Origin: an uncultured Acidobacteriota bacterium
Lineage (GTDB): Bacteria > Acidobacteriota > Polarisedimenticolia > JACPZX01
Assembly: GCA_964400605.1 (NCBI GenBank)
Contig: CAYNUH010000003.1
Coordinates: forward strand, 50,370 to 114,369
Direction of reading: 5' to 3'
DNA: 64,000 nt
Below, piece after piece: positions 8,165-18,120 of the stretch. A program made the translations under genes and the position numbers. Position 1 is the stretch's first letter; each line of letters begins with the position of its first letter. The notes beneath the pieces are model-generated. The model had not been told where the DNA came from. It ran no database searches and was given only the letters and a program-made list of their open reading frames with translations.

Positions 8165-10366
8165 ATGAGTGAGACCGAGAAGCGAGTCAAGACCGACCGG
8201 CTGGTCCTCTCCGGCATCGGCCTCCTCATCGTCGTTCTGACGGCGGCCTACGCGCTCCTGCAGCGATCCGACGACATCTCCTTCCAGTACGTCACCAACA
8301 CGGTCCTGCTGGGCTTCCTCGGCATCGCGGACCTGGTCCTCATCCTGGTCCTGCTCTTCGTCCTGTTCCGGAACCTCACCAAACTCCTCATCGAGCGCCG
8401 GCGCAACATCCTCGGGTCGCGCTTCCGCACCAGACTGGTCGTGACGTTCATCGGGCTGTGCCTCGTCCCCTCCGTGCTGCTCTTCATCGCGGCGCTGAGC
8501 CTCATCGAGCGCAGCATCGAGCGCTGGTTCAACACGCCCGTGGACGTGATCACGCAGTACTCGCAGAAAATCGTGCAGACCTTCTACGACGACCACCGCG
8601 ACCGCAACCGCCGTCTGGCCGAGAACCTGTCGGATCACGTGTCGCGGGCCCGTCTGCTGGATGGAGAGGAGAGGCGCTTTCTCCTGAACGAGGTGCAGGC
8701 GCTCCTGCGCGAGTACCGCCTCGACTACGCGTCCGTTTACGACGCCGAGGGCGTGAACGTGGCCGCCGCCAATCCGCGCCTGCCCCTGGACAACCTGGCC
8801 GCGCTGCCGGAGAGCCTCCGGGAGCGCGCGATGAGGGGCGAGCCTTTCGAGTGGATCGAAGACCTCGGGCCGGGCCGGCTGGTGCGGGCAGGTGTCCCCG
8901 TGCGATCGGCGTCGGGCAGGGAGGTCCTCGGGGTGGCGGTGGCGGGATCCTACATCGGCAAGGAGATGGCCAATCTTACCACGAAGGTGAGCCGCGCCGC
9001 CGAGGACTACCGGCAGATCAAGGTGCAGAAGGGGGCCATCAAGCGCGTGTACATCTTCTCCTTCGCGCTCATCACCCTTCTCATCATCTTCGCGGCCACC
9101 TGGATCGGCTTCTACCTGGCGCGGCAGATCACCGTCCCGATCCAGATGCTGGCGGAGGGAACCCGCGCGGTGGCTGCCGGCGACCTGGACTACCGAGTCG
9201 GCGTGCGGCCGGGCGACGAGCTGGGGATCCTGGTGGATTCCTTCAATGCCATGACGGGCGAGCTGAAGGCGCGCCGCGAAGAGGTGGATCGATCCGCCGG
9301 CGAGATCCGCAGGCGGCACGCGGAGCTGGAGGAGCGCCGCCGCTACATCGAGACGCTGCTCGAGCACCTCTCCGTGGGCGTCGTGTCGCTGAACGACGGA
9401 GGAAGGCTGACGACCATCAACCGGGCGGCGCGCCGGATCCTGCGCATCGACAGGGATCGCGACCTCACGGGGCTGGCCTACGACGAAGTCTTCGCGCGCG
9501 GCAGGCTCGCGGAGCTGGGCGAGGCGGCGCGGGACTGCCTCGCCTCGGGTCGCGGGCCCCTCCTCCGGGAGATCCACTCCAACGTCGGGGGTGAACCGAT
9601 CAGCCTCAGCGCCACGGTGGCGCCCGTCGGTGAGGAGCCGAGGCCGGGCGTGCTCATCGTCATGGAGGACGTGACCAGGCTCATCAAGGCCCAGAAGACG
9701 GCCGCATGGCAGGAGGTGGCGCGCCGGATCGCCCACGAGATCAAGAACCCCCTCACGCCGATCCAGCTCTCGGCACAGCGTATCCTCAAGAAGTACCGCG
9801 AGGGGGGCGAGGCGTTCGGGGCCGCGCTGGAAGAGGGGACAGCCACCATCGTGCGCGAGGTGAAGACCCTCAAGACGCTGGTCAACGAGTTTTCCGGTTT
9901 CGCCCGGATGCCGGCCGTCAACCCCGTCCCCTCGGACGTCCACCAGATCATCGACTCAGCCCTGGGCCTGTACCAGGCCGCCTACACGGACGTGCACTTC
10001 GATCGCGAGTTCGCGGGCGACCTGCCCTCGACGCGGTTGGATCAGGAGCAGATGAAGCGGGTGTTCATCAATCTGATCGACAACGCCCTGGAGGCGATGG
10101 AGCGCCGCGGTCGCATCGTGATCGGCACGCGCTACCTGCAGGATCTGAGGCTGATGCGGATCGTGGTGGCGGACGACGGCCCCGGCATCCCGCCCGAGGA
10201 CAAGGAGAGGCTCTTCCTGCCGTACTTCTCCACCAAGCGGCGCGGGACGGGGCTGGGCCTCGCCATCGTCAACAGGATCGTCTCCGACCACAACGGCTAC
10301 ATCCGCGTGGAGGACAACCGCCCGCGCGGCACGCGGTTTGTCATCGAGCTGCCGGCGGCCGCTTAG
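8165..10366 (+). CDS. ntrY: NtrY-like sensor histidine kinase (multi-TM, HAMP, PAS, HisKA, HATPase_c)
   Basis: Four N-terminal TM helices, HAMP, a PAS-like region, H-box 'IAHEIKNPLTPIQLSAQ', and N/G-boxes 'DNALEAM' and 'GTGLGLAIV'. Confidence 0.9.
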   Translation: MSETEKRVKTDRLVLSGIGLLIVVLTAAYALLQRSDDISFQYVTNTVLLGFLGIADLVLILVLLFVLFRNLTKLLIERRRNILGSRFRTRLVVTFIGLCLVPSVLLFIAALSLIERSIERWFNTPVDVITQYSQKIVQTFYDDHRDRNRRLAENLSDHVSRARLLDGEERRFLLNEVQALLREYRLDYASVYDAEGVNVAAANPRLPLDNLAALPESLRERAMRGEPFEWIEDLGPGRLVRAGVPVRSASGREVLGVAVAGSYIGKEMANLTTKVSRAAEDYRQIKVQKGAIKRVYIFSFALITLLIIFAATWIGFYLARQITVPIQMLAEGTRAVAAGDLDYRVGVRPGDELGILVDSFNAMTGELKARREEVDRSAGEIRRRHAELEERRRYIETLLEHLSVGVVSLNDGGRLTTINRAARRILRIDRDRDLTGLAYDEVFARGRLAELGEAARDCLASGRGPLLREIHSNVGGEPISLSATVAPVGEEPRPGVLIVMEDVTRLIKAQKTAAWQEVARRIAHEIKNPLTPIQLSAQRILKKYREGGEAFGAALEEGTATIVREVKTLKTLVNEFSGFARMPAVNPVPSDVHQIIDSALGLYQAAYTDVHFDREFAGDLPSTRLDQEQMKRVFINLIDNALEAMERRGRIVIGTRYLQDLRLMRIVVADDGPGIPPEDKERLFLPYFSTKRRGTGLGLAIVNRIVSDHNGYIRVEDNRPRGTRFVIELPAAA

Positions 10367-10390
10367 GGCTCTGCGGCGGGAGGGGTGTGG

Positions 10391-11830
10391 ATGGGCTCGC
10401 AGCGGGTCCTGATCGTGGACGACGAGGCGGGGATCCGCACGTCGCTGAGCCAGGTCCTCACCGACGACGGGTTCGAGGTCGAGGCGGTGGCCACGGGGGA
10501 GAAGGCGCTGGAGCGTCTTCGGGAATCCCACTTCCACCTCGTGCTCCTCGACGTCTGGCTGCCGAAGCGCGACGGGCTCGAGGTCCTCCAGGAGATCCGG
10601 TCCAACCACCCCGACGCGGCGGTGGTGATGATCTCGGGCCACGCCAACGTGGAGACCGCGGTGAAGGCCACCAAGCTTGGGGCCTTCGACTTCGTCGAGA
10701 AGCCGCTGAGCCTCGAGAAGATCACCCTGGTCGTTCGCAACGCCCTCAAGCACCGGCGGCTGGAAGAGCGAAACCGCGCGCTGCGGGAGACTCTGAGGCG
10801 CCGTCCCATCCTCATCGGTGAAAGCGACGTCATGGTCCGGCTCAAGGAACAGATCCAGGCGGCCGCCCCCACCGACGGGCGCGTTCTGATCTTCGGCGAG
10901 AACGGCACCGGCAAGGAGGTGGTGGCACGCACCATCCATGCCCTCTCCATGCGCGCCGATGAGCCTTTCGTGGAGGTGAACTGCGCGGCCATCCCGGAGG
11001 AGCTTATCGAGAGCGAGCTGTTCGGCCACATGAAAGGCGCCTTCACGGGCGCGGCCGAGAACAAGAAGGGGAAGTTCGAGCTGGCCGACGGAGGCACGCT
11101 CTTCCTGGACGAGATCGGCGACATGAGCCTGAAGACCCAGGCCAAGGTGCTGCGGGTGCTGCAGGAGCAGACGTTCGAGCCCGTGGGAGGCTCCACCGGC
11201 GTGAAGGTGGACGTCCGCGTCATCGCCGCCACCAACAAGGACCTCACCGAGCAGATCAGGAAGGGCGCCTTCCGCGAGGATCTCTACTTCAGGCTCAACG
11301 TACTGCCCATCCGGGTGCCGCCGCTGCGAGAGCGCCCCACCGACATCCAACTTCTGGCCGGCCATTTCCTGGCGGAGTTCGCCCGCCACTACGGGCGCGC
11401 GATCCCGGCCGTCGATCCCCAAGTGGTGGATGCCATCAAGGGCTACGCCTGGCCGGGCAACGTCCGGGAACTGCGGAACATGGTGGAGCGGATGACCATC
11501 ATGGGGCCGCGTGGTCGGATCACGGTTGCCGACCTTCCTCCCGAGCTGGGCGGCGGCTCGGCGGCGGCGGCCGGCGAAGCGGCCTTCGATCTCGGGGAAG
11601 CGGGCGCGCTCCGGGAGGCGCGAGAGAGGTTCGAGCGCTGGTACATCGCCCGGAAGCTGAGAGAGCACGGCAACAACGTCACGCGCACCGCCGAGGCGCT
11701 GGGCCTGGAGCGGAGCCATCTGCACCGCAAGCTCAAGGCGCTCGGATTGGGCGCCGACCGCTCGGGCGCCGCGCGGGACGTGGAGCCGGATCCGGCCGCG
11801 GCGCGCATGGGGCCCGGGGAGCCCTTCTAG
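10391..11830 (+). CDS. ntrX: Sigma-54-dependent response regulator (REC + AAA+ sigma54-activator + Fis-type HTH)
   Basis: REC domain with 'LIVDDE', Walker A 'GENGTGKE', the 'ESELFGH' and GAFTGA motifs, and a C-terminal HTH_8. Confidence 0.9.
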   Translation: MGSQRVLIVDDEAGIRTSLSQVLTDDGFEVEAVATGEKALERLRESHFHLVLLDVWLPKRDGLEVLQEIRSNHPDAAVVMISGHANVETAVKATKLGAFDFVEKPLSLEKITLVVRNALKHRRLEERNRALRETLRRRPILIGESDVMVRLKEQIQAAAPTDGRVLIFGENGTGKEVVARTIHALSMRADEPFVEVNCAAIPEELIESELFGHMKGAFTGAAENKKGKFELADGGTLFLDEIGDMSLKTQAKVLRVLQEQTFEPVGGSTGVKVDVRVIAATNKDLTEQIRKGAFREDLYFRLNVLPIRVPPLRERPTDIQLLAGHFLAEFARHYGRAIPAVDPQVVDAIKGYAWPGNVRELRNMVERMTIMGPRGRITVADLPPELGGGSAAAAGEAAFDLGEAGALREARERFERWYIARKLREHGNNVTRTAEALGLERSHLHRKLKALGLGADRSGAARDVEPDPAAARMGPGEPF

Positions 11831-11832
11831 GC

Positions 11833-12783
11833 ATGCGGGCCGACCTGCACGTCCACTCGATCCATTCCGGGGCCCTCCACTACCGGCGGGCGGGGCTGCG
11901 GGACTGCTACGCCGCTCCGGGGGAGGTCTACGACGCCGCGAAGGCGGCCGGGATGGACCTCGTCACGATCACCGACCGCGATACCATCGTCGGGTGCCTT
12001 CGGCTGATCGAGGAGCGGAGGGATCCGGAGGATTTTCTCACTGGGGAGGAGGTGGAGGCGTCCCTTCCCGACTCCGCGCTCAAGGTGCACATCAACGTCT
12101 GGGGGATCACGCAGCGCCAGCACGCGGAGATCGCCCGGCTCAGGAGCGATCTGCTGGACCTGTGCGCATGGCTCCGGGCGGAGCGGGTCGCCTTCTGCTT
12201 CAACCATTTCGTCGGGGCCCTCCCGGTGAACGTCCCTTCCGTCGAGATCTACCGAAACGTCCTGGCTCTCTTCGACGCCATCGAGGTCCGGAACGGAGCG
12301 CAGGGACGCCACTACAACGCGCTGGTGGCCGCGCTGGCCTCCGGGGAAGCGGCGCGCCGGAGACCCGTGGCCTTCGTAGGAGGCAGCGACGCCCACACGC
12401 TGCGGCGCGTCGGCTCGACGTGGACCGAGGCGTCCGCCTCCTCCCGCGAGGGGTTCCTGGAGGAGGTGCGGGGCGGGCGCACTGCGGCCGGAGGGCGCGT
12501 CAGGACCTCCGCCGACATCGTGATGGACCTCGCCTCGCTCACCCTCTCGCACTACGCCGCCCTTGGGGATTCGTTCCGCGGCCACGGCGACGGGTCGCGC
12601 CCGCCGGGCCGGGAGCTCCTGCGCGCCGCCGCGGCGCTTCCCGTGCAGGCGATCGGGGCCCCGCTGGTCGGGACGGTGCTCTACCTCCTGGGCGTCCGCG
12701 CGCAGGTGCGCGCCCTCCAGCGCGAGATCGGGAGCCTCGACCTGCGCGAGTTCCGCGAGCGGATGAACGCTTTTCGCGCGTAG
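11833..12783 (+). CDS. PHP-domain (polymerase/histidinol-phosphatase-like) metal-dependent phosphoesterase
   Basis: The 'DLHVHSIHS' N-terminal motif and downstream His/Asp ligands ('HINVWG', 'GGSDAHT'). Starts 3 nt after the ntrX stop. Confidence 0.8.
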   Translation: MRADLHVHSIHSGALHYRRAGLRDCYAAPGEVYDAAKAAGMDLVTITDRDTIVGCLRLIEERRDPEDFLTGEEVEASLPDSALKVHINVWGITQRQHAEIARLRSDLLDLCAWLRAERVAFCFNHFVGALPVNVPSVEIYRNVLALFDAIEVRNGAQGRHYNALVAALASGEAARRRPVAFVGGSDAHTLRRVGSTWTEASASSREGFLEEVRGGRTAAGGRVRTSADIVMDLASLTLSHYAALGDSFRGHGDGSRPPGRELLRAAAALPVQAIGAPLVGTVLYLLGVRAQVRALQREIGSLDLREFRERMNAFRA

Positions 12784-12851
12784 CCGCCGGCGGCGGGCCG
12801 GATCCGCTTGTCGGGGCTGTCTTGCCCTCCCGCGGCCGCCTCCGGAGGCGC

Positions 12852-15800
12852 TTGAATGCCGACATTCCCAACCTATATTCACGCTCCGTGCTGCCCAAAA
12901 ACCTCCGTTCGCTCTGGGTGGACAGCTCCCCCGATAAGGCCGTCGCCCGCGCGCGCCGCTTCGTCGAGAAAGGGCGCTACGACAGCGCCGCCGCGGCGCT
13001 CAAGGACGCCCTGGAAGCCCGAGGCGAGGATTCCGATATGCGTCTCGAGCTGTCGCAAATCCTCGTCTCGGCCGGACGGACGAGGGAAGCCGCGGATGGG
13101 CTGCGCACGTTTCTGAAAGCGAAGCCCGGCGAGTTCCCCCGCGTCCGCGACTTCGTCGAGTGGGCGCGTGCCCATCACAGCGAGGTGCAGCCGCTGCATG
13201 AGGTCCTGGGGGAGCACCACGTTTCGCGCAAAGAGTGGAGCGCCGCGCTGGAGGAGCTGGAACGCGTGGACAAGCAGGCCCTGCAGGCCCTCCTGGAGGC
13301 GCGCCTCGCCAACCTCAACCGCTTCCTCGAGAAGGGCCCCGGCGCCGTCCCCAAGTCCGCCGTGCCGCTGCTTTACTTCGCGGCGCTCATTTACGAGGCC
13401 CTCCAGGACTACCCGAAGGCGGCGGAGACCTACCGCCGGATCGTCTCCTCGTCCGCTTCGGAGGTGAAGGCCGTGGAGGAGCGGTTCAAGGCGATCGTCG
13501 CCCGGAACCATCGCTCGACCGCGCTGAGGGCCGCGCTGGCCGAGATTTACCTGGGAGCCGGGGAGGAGGCCCGGGCGCTGGATGAGTACGTCCTGATGGC
13601 CGAGATTGACCCGCGAGCGGCCCCGCAGGCGGCGGCCGCTCTCGAAGGGATTGCGGCCTCGGCCGCCGATCCATCGGAGGCCTTGTGGGCGCTCGCCCGT
13701 GTGCGCGGCAAGGAGGGGAAGGTCGAGGACCTTCTCCGCGTCGCGGGGAGGCTCATCGCCATGAGCCGGCGGCTGGACGAGGTGCGCGGGTTGCTCGAGG
13801 GCGCCATCGCGGACGGAAAGCAGGACCCGAGGCTGCAGCTCCTGATCGGGGAGGCGGCCCTCGGCGCCGGGAAGGTTTCCCACGCCACGTCGGCCTTCGC
13901 CGCCGCCGCGATGCACCCGGCGCCCGAGATCCGTTCGCGCGCGCGCGAGGCCCTGGAGCGCACGGCGGCGGCCCACCCCACCGACGCGAAGGCGAGCGAG
14001 GCCCTGGCCGATCATCATCTCAGGGAAGGCAGGTTCGACGACTGCGTCGCCGCTCTCGAGGGCCTCTGCGGGATCGAGGCCGGTGCCGCGCCGATGGTGG
14101 TCTCGCGCCTCCAGACGCTCCTCCTGTCGCGACCGGGCCATCCGAGCGCCGAGACGCTTCTGGAGCGTCTCGCCCCGGTGTCCGGCAACACGCGGCTGGC
14201 CGCGGCGTTTTTCAGACGGCGTCTGCGCGGCGCCGCCGACGAGGCGCGCGCGTCGCTCGAGGCGCTGACGCCGATGCTGGAGAAGGATCCCCAGGATTCC
14301 GAGGTGCGGCTCGCCGCCGCCGAGGCGCGCGCCGCGTGCGGCGACATCGAGGGTGCCTGGGCGTTCGCGCGCCCCCTCGTCGATGCGACGATGGGCCCCG
14401 ATCCCACGCTCCTGCACCTGATGGTCCTCATCGGCGGATCGTCGCCCGAACGGTGCCACGAAGTCTCGGAGGTCTTCCGGAACATGGCCCCCGCTCTGGC
14501 CGCCGCTCCCGAGGGGGTCTTCGCCCTCGGCGAGATGGCGGCCCGGAACGGCGACACGACGGAGGCGCTCTCGGCCTTTCGGGCGGCCGCGGCGTTCTCG
14601 CCGGCGGCCGCGGCCGAGGTCATCGACGCCGTCCGGGGGCTCGGCGGCGGCGGCCTCTTCGGCGAGGCCGCGGTTTCCCTGGGGGAGGCGCTCCTCGACG
14701 CCGGAGACTTCGCCGGGGCCGCGTCGGTCCTTTCCACCGCCACCCAGCTTCCCCCCTCCGCGATGCGCCTGATGAGCAAGCTCGAGGAGGCGCTGCGCTC
14801 GCGTCCCGAGAACTTGGATCTCCGCGTGGCCCTCGCCTCGGCGCTGGTCGCGGGCGGCAGGGCCTCGCGCGGACGCGAGGTGATCGAGGAGGGCATCCGT
14901 CGCGGGGGAGATTCTGCGCAGGCGCCGCTGCACCTCGCGGCCGGGGACGCCTGGCTGCGGGAGGGGAATCTCGGCGAGGCCGTGCGCGCCTACTCGCGCG
15001 CCATGGCGCGGGACAAGTCCCTCGCTTCCGACGCGGCGCACCGCATCGAGAAGGTCCTGGACACCGACGTCGGCCACGCGGGCGCCCATCTGGCCCTCGG
15101 GCGGGCGCGCCTCCTCGAGGGGCGTCCCCGCGAAGGAGTGAACTCGCTTCTCACCTCCTGGTCGATCCGTCCCGCGCTGGGCGCGTCGATCCTGAAGGAC
15201 CTCGCCTACGCCGCGCACGCCTTCCCGCTGGAGCCGCAGGTGGATCTCTCCCGCGCGCAGATCCTGCTGGGGCAGGGTGAGGTCGAAAAGGCGACCGAGG
15301 CGCTCGGCGCCGCGCTACGCACCGCGCCGTCCATCGCGGTCGAGGTGCTCGTGCGCCTCCAGTCCATCACGCGCAGCCACCCGTCTTGCGCCCGCGCCCA
15401 TCTCCATGCGGCCCGGGCGTGGCACCAGAGGGGACGCTGCGCCGAATCGAGCGCGTCGTACGCCGCCGCCGTGGAGCACGACCCCAATCTGGCCGAGATG
15501 GTGGCGGCCGGGCTGGCCGATCTCATGCGGACCTTCCCCGAGAGCACCGATCCCTTCCTGGTGCGCGCGCGGATCTATGAATCCCAGGGCAACCCCGGCC
15601 CGGCCGCCGAGTCGTACCACGCCGCGGCCGCACGGGGGTGCCCGCCCGGCGAGATCCTCCCCGCGCTGCGCGCTCTCGCGCTCCGCCCGGGGCCGCACCG
15701 CGGGCGAGCCCTGATCGCGCTCGGGTGCGTGGCGCGGGACGGCGCAGAGCCGAGCGAAGCGGCGCGCGCCTTCGAGATGGCCGCTCTCGACTCGCCGGAC

Positions 15801-16724
15801 CTGCTGGGCACCGTGCGAGAGGAGATCGACGCCCTCGTGGAGTCGCACCCGCGCTGCAGCGAGGCGCTCCAAGCGCGCGCGCGCGTCGCGCTGGCGGCCC
15901 TGGATGCCGCATCGGCGCTTTCGGATGCGGAAAGGTTGCTCGAGACGGATCCAGCCCGGTGGCACGAGGTGGCCGCCCTCACGTCCGAGGTCGCCGGCGC
16001 GGGCGGAGACAAACCCCGCTGCGCCTGGGTGGGGGCGCGGGCCCTGACGGCCGGCGGCGACTTCGACGCCGCGGCGCGCCTGCTCGATGAGGGGATCGGA
16101 TCCTGCGACGGTGAACTCAGGGCGAGCCTGTGTCTGCTGCGGGCGCGTGTGGAGAGGCGGCGCGGTGATCCCGCCGCGGCGAAGGCCTGGGTGTCCCGAG
16201 CCCGGGAGGTGGCGGCCGATGCCGGCACCTTCCTGACCGCTCTGCACGCGGAGACGGTGGCTGCGGCGCGCGGCGCCGCGACGAAGACCCAGGCGGTCTC
16301 GGATCGCTGGCGGGCGCTCCAGGCCTGCCTCGACCTCGGCGACGCGGACCGCGCGGAGGCGATCGCGGCCGACCTCGGTCTCGGGCGGCCGGACGGGGCC
16401 GCGGGCGCGCCTCCGGAGCCGGGCGCGGCGGAGGCGCTGGCGAAGATCGCGTGTCTGCGCGGCCGGTACGCCGAAGCCTCGGAGCTGCTGGGTTCCGCTC
16501 CCCCTTCGGCTCTCAGAGCGTACGCGCTGAAGCGCGCCGGGAGGTTGCTGGAGGCGGCCGCCTGCCTTGCGGCCATGGAGCCTTCCGGAACCGGAGCGGC
16601 GAAAGCCGCCAGGGACATCTACCGCCTCCTGGCCGCGGAGGAGTTCCTCGGCGAGCCGACGGCCCTCGAGGCGGAGACGCGCCTCGCGTTCTCCACCGGA
16701 GAGAAGGAAGGAGATCGAACATGA
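12852..16724 (+). CDS. Giant (about 1290 aa) Ala-rich tetratricopeptide-repeat protein
   Basis: Continuous TPR-like helical repeats throughout. The track ORF (11994..) is N-terminally over-extended through the PHP gene in another frame. The chosen start is the in-frame TTG at 12852 (GGAGG 3 nt upstream); later in-frame GTG codons at 12888 and 12918 are alternatives. Confidence 0.72.
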   Translation: MNADIPNLYSRSVLPKNLRSLWVDSSPDKAVARARRFVEKGRYDSAAAALKDALEARGEDSDMRLELSQILVSAGRTREAADGLRTFLKAKPGEFPRVRDFVEWARAHHSEVQPLHEVLGEHHVSRKEWSAALEELERVDKQALQALLEARLANLNRFLEKGPGAVPKSAVPLLYFAALIYEALQDYPKAAETYRRIVSSSASEVKAVEERFKAIVARNHRSTALRAALAEIYLGAGEEARALDEYVLMAEIDPRAAPQAAAALEGIAASAADPSEALWALARVRGKEGKVEDLLRVAGRLIAMSRRLDEVRGLLEGAIADGKQDPRLQLLIGEAALGAGKVSHATSAFAAAAMHPAPEIRSRAREALERTAAAHPTDAKASEALADHHLREGRFDDCVAALEGLCGIEAGAAPMVVSRLQTLLLSRPGHPSAETLLERLAPVSGNTRLAAAFFRRRLRGAADEARASLEALTPMLEKDPQDSEVRLAAAEARAACGDIEGAWAFARPLVDATMGPDPTLLHLMVLIGGSSPERCHEVSEVFRNMAPALAAAPEGVFALGEMAARNGDTTEALSAFRAAAAFSPAAAAEVIDAVRGLGGGGLFGEAAVSLGEALLDAGDFAGAASVLSTATQLPPSAMRLMSKLEEALRSRPENLDLRVALASALVAGGRASRGREVIEEGIRRGGDSAQAPLHLAAGDAWLREGNLGEAVRAYSRAMARDKSLASDAAHRIEKVLDTDVGHAGAHLALGRARLLEGRPREGVNSLLTSWSIRPALGASILKDLAYAAHAFPLEPQVDLSRAQILLGQGEVEKATEALGAALRTAPSIAVEVLVRLQSITRSHPSCARAHLHAARAWHQRGRCAESSASYAAAVEHDPNLAEMVAAGLADLMRTFPESTDPFLVRARIYESQGNPGPAAESYHAAAARGCPPGEILPALRALALRPGPHRGRALIALGCVARDGAEPSEAARAFEMAALDSPDLLGTVREEIDALVESHPRCSEALQARARVALAALDAASALSDAERLLETDPARWHEVAALTSEVAGAGGDKPRCAWVGARALTAGGDFDAAARLLDEGIGSCDGELRASLCLLRARVERRRGDPAAAKAWVSRAREVAADAGTFLTALHAETVAAARGAATKTQAVSDRWRALQACLDLGDADRAEAIAADLGLGRPDGAAGAPPEPGAAEALAKIACLRGRYAEASELLGSAPPSALRAYALKRAGRLLEAAACLAAMEPSGTGAAKAARDIYRLLAAEEFLGEPTALEAETRLAFSTGEKEGDRT

Positions 16725-17653
16725 TGATTTGCCCCATCCTGTCACAGCCGCGCCGGGGAGAGGACGGCAGCGTCGCCTGGGAGCACCACGAGTGTCTCCG
16801 CGAAGGGTGCACCTTCTGGGCGGCGGAGCCTCAAGACTGCGCGTTGCGGGCTTCGGGCCTCGCGATCCTGCGCCGGGAGGCGGCGCGCGCGGGCGAGGCC
16901 CCCACGCCGGACCCGGCCACGCTCCTTTCGGGACCTCTCGCGCGGCTCGGCCAGCTGGAGGGCAAGATGGAGACGCTGGCCGAACGGGGCTCGGCCGCGA
17001 CCCGCGATCTCGGCATCCGGCTCCTCGAAGGGGTCGCCGCGCTGGAGCAGCCCGTGGGTGCTCTGCGCGACGAGGTGGAATCGATCCGGGCGCGGTTCCA
17101 GGAGATGTCCGGCGTGCTGAAGGAGGCCCTCGGCGTCATCGAGAGGCAGCGCCGGAGCGAGGAGGAACGGCACGAGCGCGAGAGGCGCGACGAGGCTCGC
17201 GCCTGCAACGCGCGAGGGGTGGCGCTCTTCCACAAGGGGATGCACGAGGCGGCGGAGGCGGCCTTCCGCCGCGCGGTGGAGTGCGATCCGACCATCGCCG
17301 AGGCCCACAACAACCTCGGGTTGAGCCTCAGCCGTATGGGCCGCGCCGAGGAGGCGGCGGCCGCTTTCGAGAAGTCAATCGAGATCAAGCCGGACCTCGC
17401 CGGCGCGCTCAACAACATGGGCTTCCTCTGCCACGAGGGGATGGCCTTCGAACAGGCCGCCGAGTGGTTCCGCCGCGCGGCGCTCGCTGGATCCGAGTCC
17501 TCCGTGGCGTACACGAACCTCGGCAACGCGCTCTACAGGATGAACCGGCACACGCAAGCCGTGGACGCTTGGAAGCGCGCCCTGGAGGCGGACCCGCTCA
17601 ACGAGGGCGCGGCGCGGGCGCTGCGGATGTTCGAGGGTGCGGAGGCTCCATGA
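16721..17653 (+). CDS. Coiled-coil/TPR protein with N-terminal Cys/His cluster
   Basis: ATGATG start overlapping the stop of the giant TPR gene. N-terminus 'CPILSQP...HHECLREGCTFW...C' looks like a zinc ribbon, followed by a coiled coil and about four TPR units ('AEAHNNLGLSL', 'ALNNMGFLC', 'AYTNLGNAL'). Confidence 0.7.
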   Translation: MMICPILSQPRRGEDGSVAWEHHECLREGCTFWAAEPQDCALRASGLAILRREAARAGEAPTPDPATLLSGPLARLGQLEGKMETLAERGSAATRDLGIRLLEGVAALEQPVGALRDEVESIRARFQEMSGVLKEALGVIERQRRSEEERHERERRDEARACNARGVALFHKGMHEAAEAAFRRAVECDPTIAEAHNNLGLSLSRMGRAEEAAAAFEKSIEIKPDLAGALNNMGFLCHEGMAFEQAAEWFRRAALAGSESSVAYTNLGNALYRMNRHTQAVDAWKRALEADPLNEGAARALRMFEGAEAP

Positions 17654-18105
17654 CGAACGCCGACATCGGGCTGACGCTGGACGAAAAGGTCCGTCGATCG
17701 CTGACGCCCCTGGGCGGGCCGCTGCGGATCGACGCTTTCCTGGCCGTTATGCGCCGCGAGCGTGCCCGGCTCGCCGCCCTGCAGGCCCAGAAGATGAAAG
17801 CGGCCGCGCCGGCCATGGATTCGGGCGCCGGGCCCGAGGGCGGCGCCGCACGCCCAGGCGCCGCGTACGCCGCGGGCGGACGCGGTCCCGCCACAGAACA
17901 GGGTTCCGCCATGCCCGACGAGTTCCAGGGCGGAATGCCCCCCGGCGAGGAGGCGCCGGAGACGACCGACTCGGGCCAGATCCGGGCCGAAGTGGACGCC
18001 TTCATGCGCCGGGATGAGGTCCGCGAGGCGAACCAGAAAGAGGTCTCGGACTTCCTCGAGTTCATGGGCCCCACCGGCCTCCAGCCCGACGACCTGCCGG
18101 AGTAG
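17650..18105 (+). CDS. Acidic hypothetical protein, translationally coupled to the upstream TPR gene
   Basis: ATGA start/stop overlap with the upstream gene. Ala/Gly/Pro-rich middle and acidic C-terminus. Confidence 0.5.
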   Translation: MTNADIGLTLDEKVRRSLTPLGGPLRIDAFLAVMRRERARLAALQAQKMKAAAPAMDSGAGPEGGAARPGAAYAAGGRGPATEQGSAMPDEFQGGMPPGEEAPETTDSGQIRAEVDAFMRRDEVREANQKEVSDFLEFMGPTGLQPDDLPE

Positions 18106-18120
18106 GAATGGCCGGCGCCG

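Noticed and set aside
7508-9943. 811-aa minus-strand ORF
   Set aside because: Runs antisense to ntrY. Arg/Gly/Pro/Asp-rich low-complexity translation typical of a wrong-strand ORF in roughly 70% GC DNA. No domains.
9956-11725. 589-aa minus-strand ORF
   Set aside because: Antisense to ntrX with the same compositional artefact.
11994-12851. N-terminal 286 aa of track ORF 11994..16724
   Set aside because: Overlaps the PHP gene in another frame and is Arg/Gly/Pro-rich. The real TPR protein most likely starts at the TTG about 12852, or nearby GTG codons, after the PHP stop.
12856-13116. 86-aa ORF with ATG 7 nt after GGAGG (better SD spacing than the in-frame TTG of the TPR gene)
   Set aside because: The translation is Pro/Arg/Ser-rich low complexity inside the TPR reading frame. 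The +1-frame ATG is most likely coincidental.
12879-15218. 779-aa minus-strand ORF
   Set aside because: Antisense to the giant TPR gene. Arg/Gly-rich and no recognisable motifs.
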